DNA of 48,644 nt, filler included, from Catajapyx aquilonaris (taxonomy: Eukaryota), in the NCBI GenBank assembly GCA_000934665.2. It is 2 parts of 2 records of this genome, joined end to end, with 100 filler letters (N's around TTAATTAATTAA, not from the genome) between each part and the next. Parts side by side here need not be neighbours in the genome. Positions count along the whole stretch, not along the records: positions 1 to 24,243 come from JYFJ02005550.1; 1 more part is not named here. The stretch is one strand, 5' to 3'. Both the position numbers and the translations under genes were made by a program. Below, piece by piece: positions 12,783 to 23,487 of the stretch; positions within the stretch are counted from its first letter, which is position 1; each line of letters begins with the position of its first letter. The notes beneath the pieces are model-generated. The model had not been told where the DNA came from. It made no database searches and saw nothing but the letters and a program-made list of their open reading frames with translations.

Positions 12783-13713
12783 GTCTGACAACCAAACTAA
12801 CTCTTCTTGCCCTCCTAAATTTTGACAATTTTTGTATTTTCTAATTCTGCTTGGCCTATAGTGTTGTGCAAACATCACCTCTGCTGCTAATTTTCATGTC
12901 AAAATACAAGCTTAATGCAATATTCCGAAGCCACAACACATAGCAGCCGGTCGCGGGTCGCAGGTCCTGGTCACCGCGACTGTAGCGCGCTCTAGGGTGG
13001 CGCGAGCAAGTAGAATATGACCTCACACGCTTCGAAATCAATTTTATGTAGCAATTTATTAATCAAGTTTAATCAATCATTTACATATCACTGATATCAG
13101 TCGCGACGACCCGCCACCGGATGCAGGTGTTGTGGCTTCGGAATTTTGGTCTTTTGGCTTGTATTTTGACACTGCTAACATGATTAGCAGCAGGTTTTTT
13201 TTGTTTTTTGTTTTTTTTAGATATACCTCGTGCTAGAGCCATGGGCTCTCTTAGGGGAGTGGAATACCACTATGTGCAGGGACAGGGTGGGGATAGGAGG
13301 GGGGGACACTGGTGCATGTGCAATGTCATCAAGTTGGGGGTCGTGTGCAGTCCCTCAGGGGGCCCGTTCGCCAAGATGACCCCCTAGATGCGAGTCAGAA
13401 ACCCCCGACTAACCCGCACCTCCTCCAGGACAGGGAAAGGAAGGAAGCGGCTGTGGCCTATTTTACGGTACGATCCCGGAAATTATTCCTGGGGCGACCT
13501 TGGAAAACCACAGAAAACCAAGGTCAGGACCGCCGGCCTCCGGGACTCGAACCCAGGACCTCCCGATTAGCAGTCGGACACCATATCCGCTACACCACTA
13601 CTGCTTCGGTAGCAGAAGTGATGTTTGCACAACACTATAGGCCAAGCAGAATTAGAAAATCCAAAAATTTTCAAAATTCATGAGGGTAAGAAGAGTTAGT
13701 TTGGTTGTGAGAT
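12783..13713. mobile_element. long-TIR MITE interrupted by a SINE; same family as 29520-30090
   Basis: Inverted repeats ACAACCAAACTAACTC...CTTGGCCTATAGTGTTG on both sides. The second copy is preceded by TTAA. Confidence 0.7.
13195..13609 (-). mobile_element. tRNA-derived SINE (tRNA-Ser(GCT)-like head)
   Basis: A-box GTGGTGTAGCGG, CGACTGCTAATCG anticodon arm, B-box GGTTCGAGTCCC, body motif GGTTTTCTGTGGTTTTCC, poly(A) tail. Confidence 0.85.
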
Positions 13714-13992
13714 GCAAGGTATTTCCATGTACCCTAGAACCATAAGTGAAACAAAGGACAGATTTTTGTGAAACTTCTACATGTTTTACTTCACACAAAG
13801 AAATTTTTTTATTGATTTTACTGGATTATTTGCTGCTATTTATCCATCACTTTCATTATGGAAAAAGTTGCACAAATTCTACAGGTTATACTGTACAAGT
13901 TCTACAAATTCTACAAAACAACTTCTGATGTCATTAGTTTCAATCACGGCAACACCACCACACCACTCATAGCACTCGATCCATGCCCTTAC

Positions 13993-14292
13993 CTGCATGC
14001 CATAATTCCTTCCTCTGGGGGATGTTCAGCTTCACCTCTGCTCCTTGTGGCATTGCATAACGCAGATGGTATTCAGACATTTCTTCCGATGTCAGCTCAG
14101 CTGCCCAGGTTTTGTCTTCATCAATTTTCCTTTTTCTCCCAGACTTCATTTTTGCCACTGTTCCATAGCCAGGGGCATCATGTGGCTGATTCATTACTTT
14201 GGGCTTGGAACCCCGCTGCTTGGGCTTGGCTTTAGCTTCTTCGTAACTTTTGGTCACTGTCATTGGCATCTCAAGGCAAATAGGGAGCAGGC
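13993..14292 (-). CDS. FANCM: FANCM exon
   Basis: tattttag acceptor, GCAG|gtaagg donor, 300 bp, phase 1 at both ends. Reads GLLPICLEMPMTV...ELTSEEMSEY. Confidence 0.85.
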
Positions 14293-14362
14293 CTAAAATA
14301 TAAATGAAAAGTTAAAGAGAGAAGTTATGAACAATGGTGTCATCTCAATGAGGCTCTTGTAC

Positions 14363-14468
14363 CTAGAGGAATCATCCTGGGGTTGTTTCTGTATAGGCTG
14401 GACTTTAGACGATCACTGGTGATGAGTCTTTGAACTGTGTTCTTACCTCGTAGGCTCCTGTAATAATT
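14363..14468 (-). CDS. FANCM: FANCM exon just after the helicase domain (not in the ORF track)
   Basis: tttatttag acceptor, CTAG|gtac donor, 106 bp. NYYRSLRGKNTVQRLITSDRLKSSLYRNNPRMIPL contains the FANCM/Mph1 PRM(I/V)P motif. Confidence 0.88.
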
Positions 14469-15517
14469 CTAAATAAAAAGATTTAGTAACTAAATGGTGA
14501 ACAGCCACAGTTTCCATGTATAGGATAGGACAGTAATATTCTATGAACAGGAACATGATGGCCCTCAATGGGTTTTCCTGGACCTGTTTTGGCAAAATCA
14601 TCTACCTTTTCCGGATGTTCTGAGGGAACTGCTAATCCCTTTGGCCCATGGCCTTACCTTATTTACAATCAACTTGGACACTGCTCCACTGGTCAACTAT
14701 TGAATAAACCTATATTTTGCATTTTTGGCAGCATTTTTGAATCCCACAACAATATCAGGAACCTGTGTTCAAGCAATGCTGCTGTCAAACTCATATGCCA
14801 CCTATCAACAAACTGACTGAAGTTATGAGTACCATGCAGGTCTTCAACTGTTCCTCTCAAATGGCATCCAAAACTGTGAGTTAAAAAATGCATTGCACTT
14901 TCAAGCATTTCAATTGCTCCACCTTTGCACAAGGGGCATCCTGTCTCACAACCAGAATGACAAAATCTTTCCTGCAGTACAAGTTTCTGCCTGCATGCAG
15001 CACGAATTCGCACCACGAAATCGGCAGTGACAACAGGGTATAAGTCACCAAGTAAGGCAGGGAACTGAATATGGTTATGAGTAAGTCCAGGAATGCAAAT
15101 GATAAATATTTCAAAGAGTCTCATCTACCCATGGACCAAATGATCCCTTCCAAGATAGATTTTGTGGTGTGTCCTGATAATTTTTAGCAGAAATTGTTCC
15201 TAATAATATTAGATGAAAAGTGAAACTCAATATTTAAATATCTGTTCTCTGACCCTGCTAACCCCCCTCCCGCTTTCCTCCAACCCGCCTTAGCTACCTC
15301 ACATGGGTATAATTGTAATTTTATCTCTTTCTGTCTGTTTTCTGTTAGGTTTTTCTGTTCAGCCAGTTTATACTTTCACTGCTGCAGTGCTCACAGCCAG
15401 TCTCCCTCCAAAATGGGATTTGGCCTCTAGCAAGTAGACATACAAAATTGTAAAAAATATGTAAATACACAAATAAATAACTGAACTATGACTTGCTCTC
15501 GACTTGGGGATCTAAAC

Positions 15518-16006
15518 TAAGGCTTCAACATTTATCCGGATACCCGGACTGTCCGGTATCCGGATATCCAAACCTGTTTGGGAACCCTCTTCCCAGATCT
15601 GCCCTATCCGGATAGTGTCGGACGGTCCGGGTAGTGCGGGTTTCAGATCCGGTCCGAGATACTTTGTACCGATCCGGATCCGAGGATCCGGATCGAAGGT
15701 TTGTTGTGAAAAATGAACATATTTTATTCCCATAATTAAAAACGCATTTATTGGCGGCAGGTCAAGTCAAATGGTCCATCCCAAATTATTTCATTAGGCC
15801 TATTGTCTATGTCAAAACATGATATGAAGTTGATTTCCGTGCAGAAAAGCTAATTTTCCTTGTTATTAGGGCTTCTTTCTAGGATCCGGATCGGTACAAA
15901 GTGTCTCCAGATATGAAACCCGCACCGTCCGACACTATCCAGACAGTGCCGATCTGGGAAGAGGGATCCCAAACAGGTTCGGATATCCGGATATGTAGAA
16001 GGACTA
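15518..16006. mobile_element. hAT MITE rich in ATCCGG subrepeats
   Basis: TA.../...CTA ends, 8-bp TSD ATCTAAAC/ATCTGAAC (1 mismatch), inverted arms. Confidence 0.75.
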
Positions 16007-16402
16007 ATCTGAACTCTGATTTGTGCAGTCATTACGTATATTACAGGCATCCTGTGACAAATTATGACATGGTATATTTATACACTACTGATTACAAGTT
16101 TCATGAACAATATGACAGTGGGACTGACACTGAGGCCATTATAGTGATACAGAATTTTAGGCTTGAGAGAAAATGACCTGGAAGAAGAAAGGAGTACACC
16201 CAACATCATCTGAGGACAACGCCTTGTTTCAACTTCATGTTGAATAAAAAATATTAACAAAACTATTGCACTAAATTGTGGCCATTGCACAACTCCATCA
16301 GTGTCACCATATTTATATAAAAAAAGCAAACATGCATAATTTCATCACTTAAAGTTAAGTGTTGAAGTGTTAAAGTTACATATATAAGGATATGAAACAA
16401 AC

Positions 16403-16744
16403 CTCTTCCTCTCTCCCATGAGTAAGGAGCATGATGATTCTGCCAGCCCTGTTCCTGCCTGTTCTTCCCATCCTTTGTACCATCCTAACAGGCGATTTTT
16501 GGGTATCATAACACACTATAAGATCAACCTCTCCAATGTCAAGTCCCTCTTCTCCAACACATGTGGACACTAGAGTGTTGTACTTTCCTGACTTGAATTC
16601 TTGAATCACTTCCAGTTGCTCCTTCTGGGTGAAGCCTTTTTTGCTCTTAACTCCAGCTACTCCATGGCCCACAAAGCTCATGGGCTTTATTAGGGGATCA
16701 TGACGCCTTAATAACTCGGCAATCTCTTGCACGCTGTTCCGGTA
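16403..16744 (-). CDS. FANCM: FANCM helicase C-terminal (HELICc) exon, motifs V-VI
   Basis: YRNSVQEI...FVGHG...[41 protein letters not shown]...[16 protein letters not shown]. 342 bp, phase 0, canonical splice sites. Confidence 0.97.
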
Positions 16745-17225
16745 CTATAAAAAAACCCGCAAAAAAGTGTATAAGTGATAAGTGACCCGTGGCAAGACCA
16801 ATAATGCAACTGGTTGTACACCCACATCATATGCTAGGGCACTGACCGTACCATGCAGTCATAAATTCCCTTACTTAGAAGTTAATGTTTTCTTCGCACA
16901 AAATTTTAAAAATATTTTATGGTCACTTTACATATTTGCACAAATCTATGGAAACTATTTTTATACCATTACATGCCTCAGACTCATGTACTAATGCACT
17001 AAAGCAGCAATGGCAATTCCATGACAAATTGACCAGACCTAATTAAATTATTAACCCTACAGTTTTGTATCAATGTGAAATATTTTTAAGTACAGTGAAA
17101 TCCTGATAATTCGAACCACCATGGGACCGAGGAAAAAATCAGACTTATCGAATGTGGTGAGGAAAACAGTACCCACACAAATTAAACACCTACAGTATGC
17201 GTCTCACTACTGGGACACAATTTAA

Positions 17226-17556
17226 GGGAGGCGAAGTGGCGTTGCGGTAACGTATGCGCCCACGGATGTTAAGGTCCCAGGTTCGATCCCAGCCCGGGGA
17301 CACCCCCTTCATCTCATGCAGAGTTGGGTCGTCTCTGGCTTCGTCTCGGGTGGAATTTCCTTAGACTAATCCACCCGGGGGAGTTCACAAAACGACCAAG
17401 CTACGACATTGCACTTGCACTTTGCACATCCCCTCCTGTCATCCTGCCCATGAGCCCGGGCGTTACGTATAAAGGTTCCAATATATGTACGAGACATAAA
17501 TAAAGGTCCGTGCTATATACCTCTGATGAGGTCAAGCACTACCCGGATTATTATTA
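17226..17556 (+). mobile_element. tRNA-Arg(ACG)-like SINE
   Basis: A-box GTGGCGTTGCGG, CCACGGA loop, B-box GGTTCGATCCC, AATAAA, 3' stem-loop and (TTA)n tail. Copies at 24599-26011 and 34910-35314. Confidence 0.88.
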
Positions 17557-17821
17557 CTGGAACACGATTGCAAGTGAAAGCTAGACGACTGTAGACTAAG
17601 GCCTCTGACTGCTCTGAGGCAAAAGGCATGTCACCACCGCAAAGGAATGCATGCGTCACTACCTACAGGAAAGGGAGCTTAAAACACATGGCTTTCAGAG
17701 GGCTTTGTGCATTCCTTCACGGCTTATCGAGAATTAACCAGCTGGGGTGGAAATCTCCAAGAATGAACCATACCACATGTTTGCCCAACTTGGATATTCC
17801 CCGGTGTTGACAAAATTCGAC

Positions 17822-18128
17822 ATTTTTTTTTTCTTTTCTTCATACCCCGTTATCAGCCTTTTTCGGCTCATTAGGGGGGAAGTTTGTTATGCCTGGAACT
17901 CTTTTTCATTTTCATTTTCATTTTCATTTTACTGTGCTCTTTGGGATAGGATAGGGGCGGAAGGAAGCGGCTGTGGCCTATTAATTACAAAAGCAACTCC
18001 GGAATTTTCCTGGAAGGACCGTGGGAAACCACAGAAAACCACGGTCAGTGTTGCCGGCCCCGGGATTTGATACCAGGACCTCCCGATTAGCAGTTGCACA
18101 CCATATCCCCTCCTCTAAACTGTTTCGG
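17822..18128 (-). mobile_element. tRNA-derived SINE
   Basis: 15-bp TSD TTGACAAAATTCGAC; close paralog of 18655-18930; poly(A) tail. Confidence 0.85.
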
Positions 18129-18654
18129 TTGACAAAATTCGACTTATTAATAGTGAAAGTGCCGCGGAGTTCACAAAATATATGCGACTTATCGAGAAAA
18201 TCGAGTTATACAAATTCGAGTTATAGGACTTCAATTTGCATTACATATATGGAGAATCCGCCCAGTCCAAGATTTTCTTCGACTGATCGAGAATTTCAAG
18301 TTGCCAGTATTCGAGTTATCGGGATTTAACTGTACTAGGCACATGCTCAAAATTATCTTCAATAGTTTAGTATTATCCTGCACACCACAACAGGTCAAAA
18401 GGCTCGAGAAATATAAACATTCCAAAAAAAATGTGACATGCACTGAAAAATTATTTCAATGTTACAAAAATATTCATTTGATAATATAGCAGCCTGGAAT
18501 TTTTCTTGGTCTTTTATATGTACAGTACATAGTCTGTGAACAGTACATTTTTAATAGTGATTATAATTTTTGTCAGTCAAATATCATAACCTTTGACCTC
18601 AAAAATAGTTTCAAATTGTGGCAAAACCTATTCATGCTAAAACAGATAAAAATA

Positions 18655-18930
18655 ATAATTCATACCCCGTTATCAACCATCGGCTCTTTAGGGGGGAAGT
18701 TTGTTTTGCCTGGAACTCTTTGCTTTCATTTTACTGTGCTCTTTGAGATAGGATAAGGACGGAAGGAAGCGGCTGTGGCCTATTAATTACGGAAACAACT
18801 CCGGAATTTTCCTGGAAGGACCGTGGGAAACCACAGAAAACCACGGTCAGAGTTGCCGGCCCCGGGATTTGAACCCAGGACCTCCCAATTAGCAGACGGA
18901 CGCCTTATCCACTATGCCAAACTGCTTCGG
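18655..18930 (-). mobile_element. tRNA-derived SINE
   Basis: A-box TGGCATAGTGG, B-box GGTTCAAATCCC, TSD AACAGATAAAAATA. Confidence 0.85.
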
Positions 18931-18974
18931 TAACAGATAAAAATATAAAATGCCCTGCCTAAAATGGTTGCTAA

Positions 18975-19829
18975 CAAGGGAAGTGTCTGTAGGGCCATCG
19001 GCCAATCGGCGCGAAAATGACACGAGGGGTAAATCGCAGGCCAGAAATTCATTGGTGAAAGTAAAAAGTCGCATTAGCCAAGCAAACCTGCTCGGTGACA
19101 ATGGGGCGCATTCGGCAGAAGGAATTATAAAGTCTTCGTGGCTCAGTCGGTAGCGCGTCCGCGTCATGATCCGAAGTCTCCGCGTTCAAGCCCGCGGGAA
19201 GCGACTTCCCCCCCCCCCCCCCCTNACTCCCCCCCCCCCCCCCCCCTCTCTCGTCTCGGAGCATCGTTTTCTTTTTCTTTCTTCCCCAACACCGTTTATC
19301 ACGGCATATCTTCCCTTTTGCAATCAACAGGAATAAATAAACAGTTTGCTGGGAAGTGCATTACTTTTGTTTTTTTTTCTTCTGCCGATGCTTACCTACT
19401 CTCTCCATGGCTTCATATTCGGAAAAATGAATAGTCACAAGCTCAGTAAATAATAACTTATTCGCGTCCCTTCGTAATTATATGTTTACGATGTACACGC
19501 GTTCATTTATGGTTGGGGTTTCACTGAGCAGTTATTGCGAGTTGACAAGGACACAAATGAGAGAAGCGAAATATCAACGTCAACGCGGAGACTTCGGATC
19601 ATGACGCGGACGCGCTACCGACTGAGACACGAAGACTGTTTATAATTTCTTTTGCCGAATGCGCCCCATTGTCACCGAGCAGGATTGCCGGGCACCTATA
19701 GTCGCCCATATCTCGAAAACGCTTGGCTAATGCGACTTTTTACTTTCACCAATGAATTTCTGGCCTGCGATTTACCCCGAGTGTCATTTTCGGGCCGATT
19801 GGCCGATGGCCCTACAGACACTTCCCTTG
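18975..19829. mobile_element. Tc4/Tc5-type MITE with tRNA-like sequence inside both TIRs
   Basis: CAAGGGAAG...CTTCCCTTG ends, 3-bp TSD TAA in C-TAA-G context, ~210-250-bp TIRs. Confidence 0.8.
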
Positions 19830-20198
19830 TAAGTTGAATAAGTACAGTATGCGTACTTTTTGAACCATGATCAGTTTTTGTTGCACATGTCACAAAATAT
19901 TTTGAGCATTTTGTGTTCTGCAACCTAAGGCATCGTGCAAACAAGGGGATTCGAGAGGAGAGAAGTTGCCTGGCCCCTGCCTGAGCGTTCAGGTTTCCCC
20001 CAGGTGGATCCATGTTAGAAATTTGGGCGTGCTCCTGGCGCCTACCGCTGAATGCTTTTTCGAGTGGATTCACGGGCAACTTGTTTTTCCCGAATCCCCC
20101 TGTTTGCCCCAGCCCTAAAGTGGAAATGAACCATATTAATTTGCTTATTATTCTCTCCTTGCAACAACGATACAAATTACACATGTGACAGAACTGAC

Positions 20199-20419
20199 CT
20201 CACAAAATATCATAACCCTGGAACTGGTGTTGTTTGCTGAGTGCTTCTTGAAGTGCTCCTGTACTATCTCACATAATTTCACCATTTTTGGATGCACATC
20301 TGCAGAAGCTTGGCCTGAATCCAGGTCACTATGATCACCTGAGAACCTCTTTTCTAGTTCTGCCATCAGCTTGGAGAGCTCAGGGTGTCGCTGCAATTCC
20401 ACCTTCTTCTCTGCGTGCA
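20199..20419 (-). CDS. FANCM: FANCM exon (HPKM..L to motif IV SRVMIF)
   Basis: VHAEKKVELQRH...VHPKMVKLCEIVQEHF...SSRVMIFCE. 221 bp, phase 1 in and phase 0 out, joining YRNSV of the next exon. Confidence 0.95.
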
Positions 20420-20424
20420 CTAGC

Positions 20425-20442
20425 AATAAATAATAAATAATA

Positions 20443-20496
<54 letters not shown>
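20425..20496. repeat. (AAT)n microsatellite
   Basis: Read directly; other AAT arrays at 24599-24671 and 34910-34988 are SINE tails. Confidence 0.95.
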
Positions 20497-20498
<2 letters not shown>

Positions 20499-20537
20499 AT
20501 AATAAGTTAAGAAATATGCCATCTTAACATTACTTAA

Positions 20538-21559
20538 GCCCGCCAGACACCTAAGTAATTTTTCAGATTCGCGCTTAAAGTTTGGCCGATTCACGGGTGC
20601 AGCCTTCGCTTCGCACTGCCGATGCAGGCGTCTCAATGGAGGTACGGACCTGAAATTTTCACAGCATGGCGAGGAAGGGCCAATTGAACCACCAACGGAG
20701 TTTCGAACAATTAGAATAATAATTGAGAAATCTACAAGGGGAAGAGTTTTGAAAAAAAAGGTCATGACATCTTGGCTCCGGATTCTAATGTGGGAAATAT
20801 CTCGAAGTTGTGCTATGGAAAAAGTTGTCCTCTCTTACTCCTCCAAAGCTCGATTAATTTGGGCTATTGGCTTTTGCACAGCTATTAAAACGGTTTCACC
20901 ATCTCACCTCGTAAAATCAGAGGGAGTACTTCCGAAATAGAACAGTTGGTTCCCTGTTGCCCACACCCTTTTTAAATGATTTAAGGCTGAATCTTCGATG
21001 TATCGCGCAGTCTGGTAGGGGGCGTGGTCGCGCAAAGTGTGACGTATTCCCCGTAACTCCCCGTTTGCGCGCCCCTCCCGCAGGTTTGCGATACGTCGAA
21101 GATTCAGCCCTTAGCCCAAACCGCTTCCCTGGCAACCTGGAAGGGATCCAACTGCTCTACGTTCGAAAGTTCTCCACCGATTTTACGAGGTGAAGTGGTG
21201 AAACCGTTTTAATAGCTATGCAAAAACCAATCGCCCAAATTGATCGCGTTTTGGAGGAGTAAGAGAGGACAATTTTAGCCATCACACAACTTCGAGATAT
21301 TTTCCAAATTAGAATCCGGAGCCAAGATGTCGTGAGGTGTTTTTCAAAAACTCTTCCCCTTGTAGATCTCGCAATTATTATTCTAATGGATCGAAACTCC
21401 GTCGGGGGCTCAACTGGACCTTCCTCGCCATGCTGTGAAAATTTCAGGTCCGTCCCTTCAGCGAGACGCCTGCATCAGCGGCGCAAAGAGAACGCTGCAC
21501 CCGTGACTCCGTCAAACTTGGAACGCGATTCTGAAAAATCACTTAGGTATCTGGCGCCC
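20538..21559. mobile_element. Kolobok-like MITE with ~370-bp TIRs
   Basis: TTAA on both flanks and long imperfect inverted repeats (CGCCAGACACCTAAGT / ACTTAGGTATCTGGCG). Confidence 0.8.
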
Positions 21560-22091
21560 TTAACCTAGAAAATTATTAATGCATTGAGTGATTCATTTGC
21601 TGTGCAACCCTGTTTATACCTAACTGTAAAGTGTTTGAAATAGCAATTATGAGTAGGTAGCTGCCAAGAGAGGTACATCTTCGTTGAACCTCATTATGAG
21701 AAAATACCCCTTTTAAACCCAGACATGACGAGCGTCCTCTGTAGGGGACACCTGCACAGTTGTTACAGGGAAATGTTTCATATCATCTAGGTTGTTACAG
21801 TTTGGTCCCTCAAAATTTCTCACTCCTACATTTTATACTGTATTTGTTTTAGATCCATAATTACATTGGCAGCGAGTACTACCAGCCTACTTGGCGACTG
21901 TCCGCGAGTTTCCCTTCACCCGGTGATGAAAAATGCTTTATAAACAATACCTATGTAAGTAATGTAATAATATTATTTTCATAAATAAATCAAAGAACAA
22001 ATAACATGCCAAGTCCCTCAGCTGTGTGTGTGTGCGCGCGCGCGCCTGCGGTCCATTAACCGTGGGGATGAAGACGGGAGTTTTACTGTAG

Positions 22092-22984
22092 CTGTGGGGA
22101 CATTTTTCAAATTATGGGGACCTCAGATGTCCCCACAATTTGGATTTGGTTTTTTACTGCTTTTGTGGGGACATGTCCCCACAATTAGGTTATTTTATAA
22201 TCCATTTTTCTCAGTGGAAGTGTTTATGTTAGGTTACGTAGGGTAGGGTAATCAGGGTAGTTAGGTTAGGTCAGTGTAGGTTTGAATTAAGCACGGGAAG
22301 CAATGTCCCCACAGTCCAACTGCAAACATTTGTGGGTGCACCAGTCTTCAATAAGCTCTGGGGATGGAAAAGTGAGTATTTACAGTAACTGTGGGGACAT
22401 TTTCAGTCCCCACGAGTCCCATGCCTGATTTTCTACTGCTTTAGTGGGGACATGTCCCCCACAATTTCGTTTCTTTCTTTTTTTTTTTACGTTACCCCGT
22501 GCTAGGACCATGGGTCCTTATAGGGGGGTGGATTACCACCATCTCCTTCAATTTTCCACTTTTTTTCTTTCTTCCAACTCCGGTGCAAGGATGTAAGGAC
22601 ATGGGGAAAGGATAGGGATTTTTGGGGAGGGAACATGAGTGCAAGGTGCACGTCTGAAACCAGGTCATGTGCTGTTCCCCAGGAGGTTAGGTTGCCAGAC
22701 ACCTCCTTGGTGCAGGTCAGAGACCCTCCTGACGCAGGTGAAAGGAAAGTTCCCCAGGAGGGGATCGAACCTGGGGCCTTTCACTCAGCAAGCCGTGACA
22801 TTACCATCACGGCCACCACACCTCCCCCAATTTCGTTTCTTTAAAATCCATTTATCTCAACCTAGGTTAGTTATGGTAGGGTAGGTTAGGTAGGATAGGA
22901 TAGGTTGTTAGGGTAGGTTAGGTTTGGCTAAGTTAGCATAATTTATGTTAGGATACACTAGCTTTCAAAAGTTGTGACCCACAG
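22092..22984. repeat. two tandem units with CTGTGGGGACAT inverted ends and degenerate TTAGG runs
   Basis: Units at 22092-22314 and 22389-22984; the second is interrupted by a SINE. Confidence 0.6.
22477..22827 (-). mobile_element. tRNA-derived SINE (third head type)
   Basis: 15-bp TSD CAATTTCGTTTCTTT, A-box GTGGCCGTGATGG, B-box GGTTCGATCCC, poly(A) tail. Confidence 0.85.
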
Positions 22985-23158
22985 CTTATTGAGGACAAGT
23001 CTGCGTGTGTCTGCGTGTCAGTCGGTCTGTATTATTATCATCATCATCATCATCATCATACACCCTGTACTACTGCAACAGTATATAAAAAGACCAGAGT
23101 TTGTAAAAAAATATGGGTGGAATTTTCGTCTCCACCGAAAATTCCACCCTATATTCAC

Positions 23159-23399
23159 CTGTCATAAAGTCATAGAAAGATTTGAGGCTTTGGACCCTCA
23201 TGAGATCCAGCCCATGGTAAAGGGTAATGCAGCTATACAATGCATTTATCATCTGACCCTTAGCAGCTGCAGACATGTTTGGAGGTGGGTAATCCTTCAA
23301 CTTGTTGACAGCCAGCAGGACCTGGTACCGAGAAAGTGTACGTAGATCTCCGTAGATTAAACCATGATCCTTAGCACGCTGTGCATATGATACCACTAT
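23159..23399 (-). CDS. FANCM: FANCM helicase insertion-domain exon; most 5' FANCM exon visible
   Basis: ccttttcag acceptor, ACAG|gtgaat donor, 241 bp. Reads IVVSYAQRAKDHGLI...CITLYHGLDLMRVQSLKSFYDFMT. Confidence 0.9.
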
Positions 23400-23487
23400 C
23401 TGAAAAGGCAAAGTTTAATTGGTCAACGTTACACACTAATTATATTTTTCTTGACTGACAGCATAGTAATAGGTGAGGATAAAATTG

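Larger units (their letters stand above)
17093..18332. mobile_element. pogo/Tigger-type MITE containing two SINEs
   Basis: TA|CAGTGAAATCCTGATAATTCGAA ... TTCGAGTTATCGGGATTTAACTG|TA with repeated TTCGA(G/C)TTA motifs. Confidence 0.75.

Noticed and set aside
19132..19205. Functional tRNA-Met gene
   Set aside because: Anticodon and acceptor stems pair poorly and it sits inside a transposon TIR.
20420..20765. Poly-Leu N-terminal part of the 205-aa ORF as a signal or membrane segment
   Set aside because: It is a translation of the (TTA)n microsatellite and MITE sequence.
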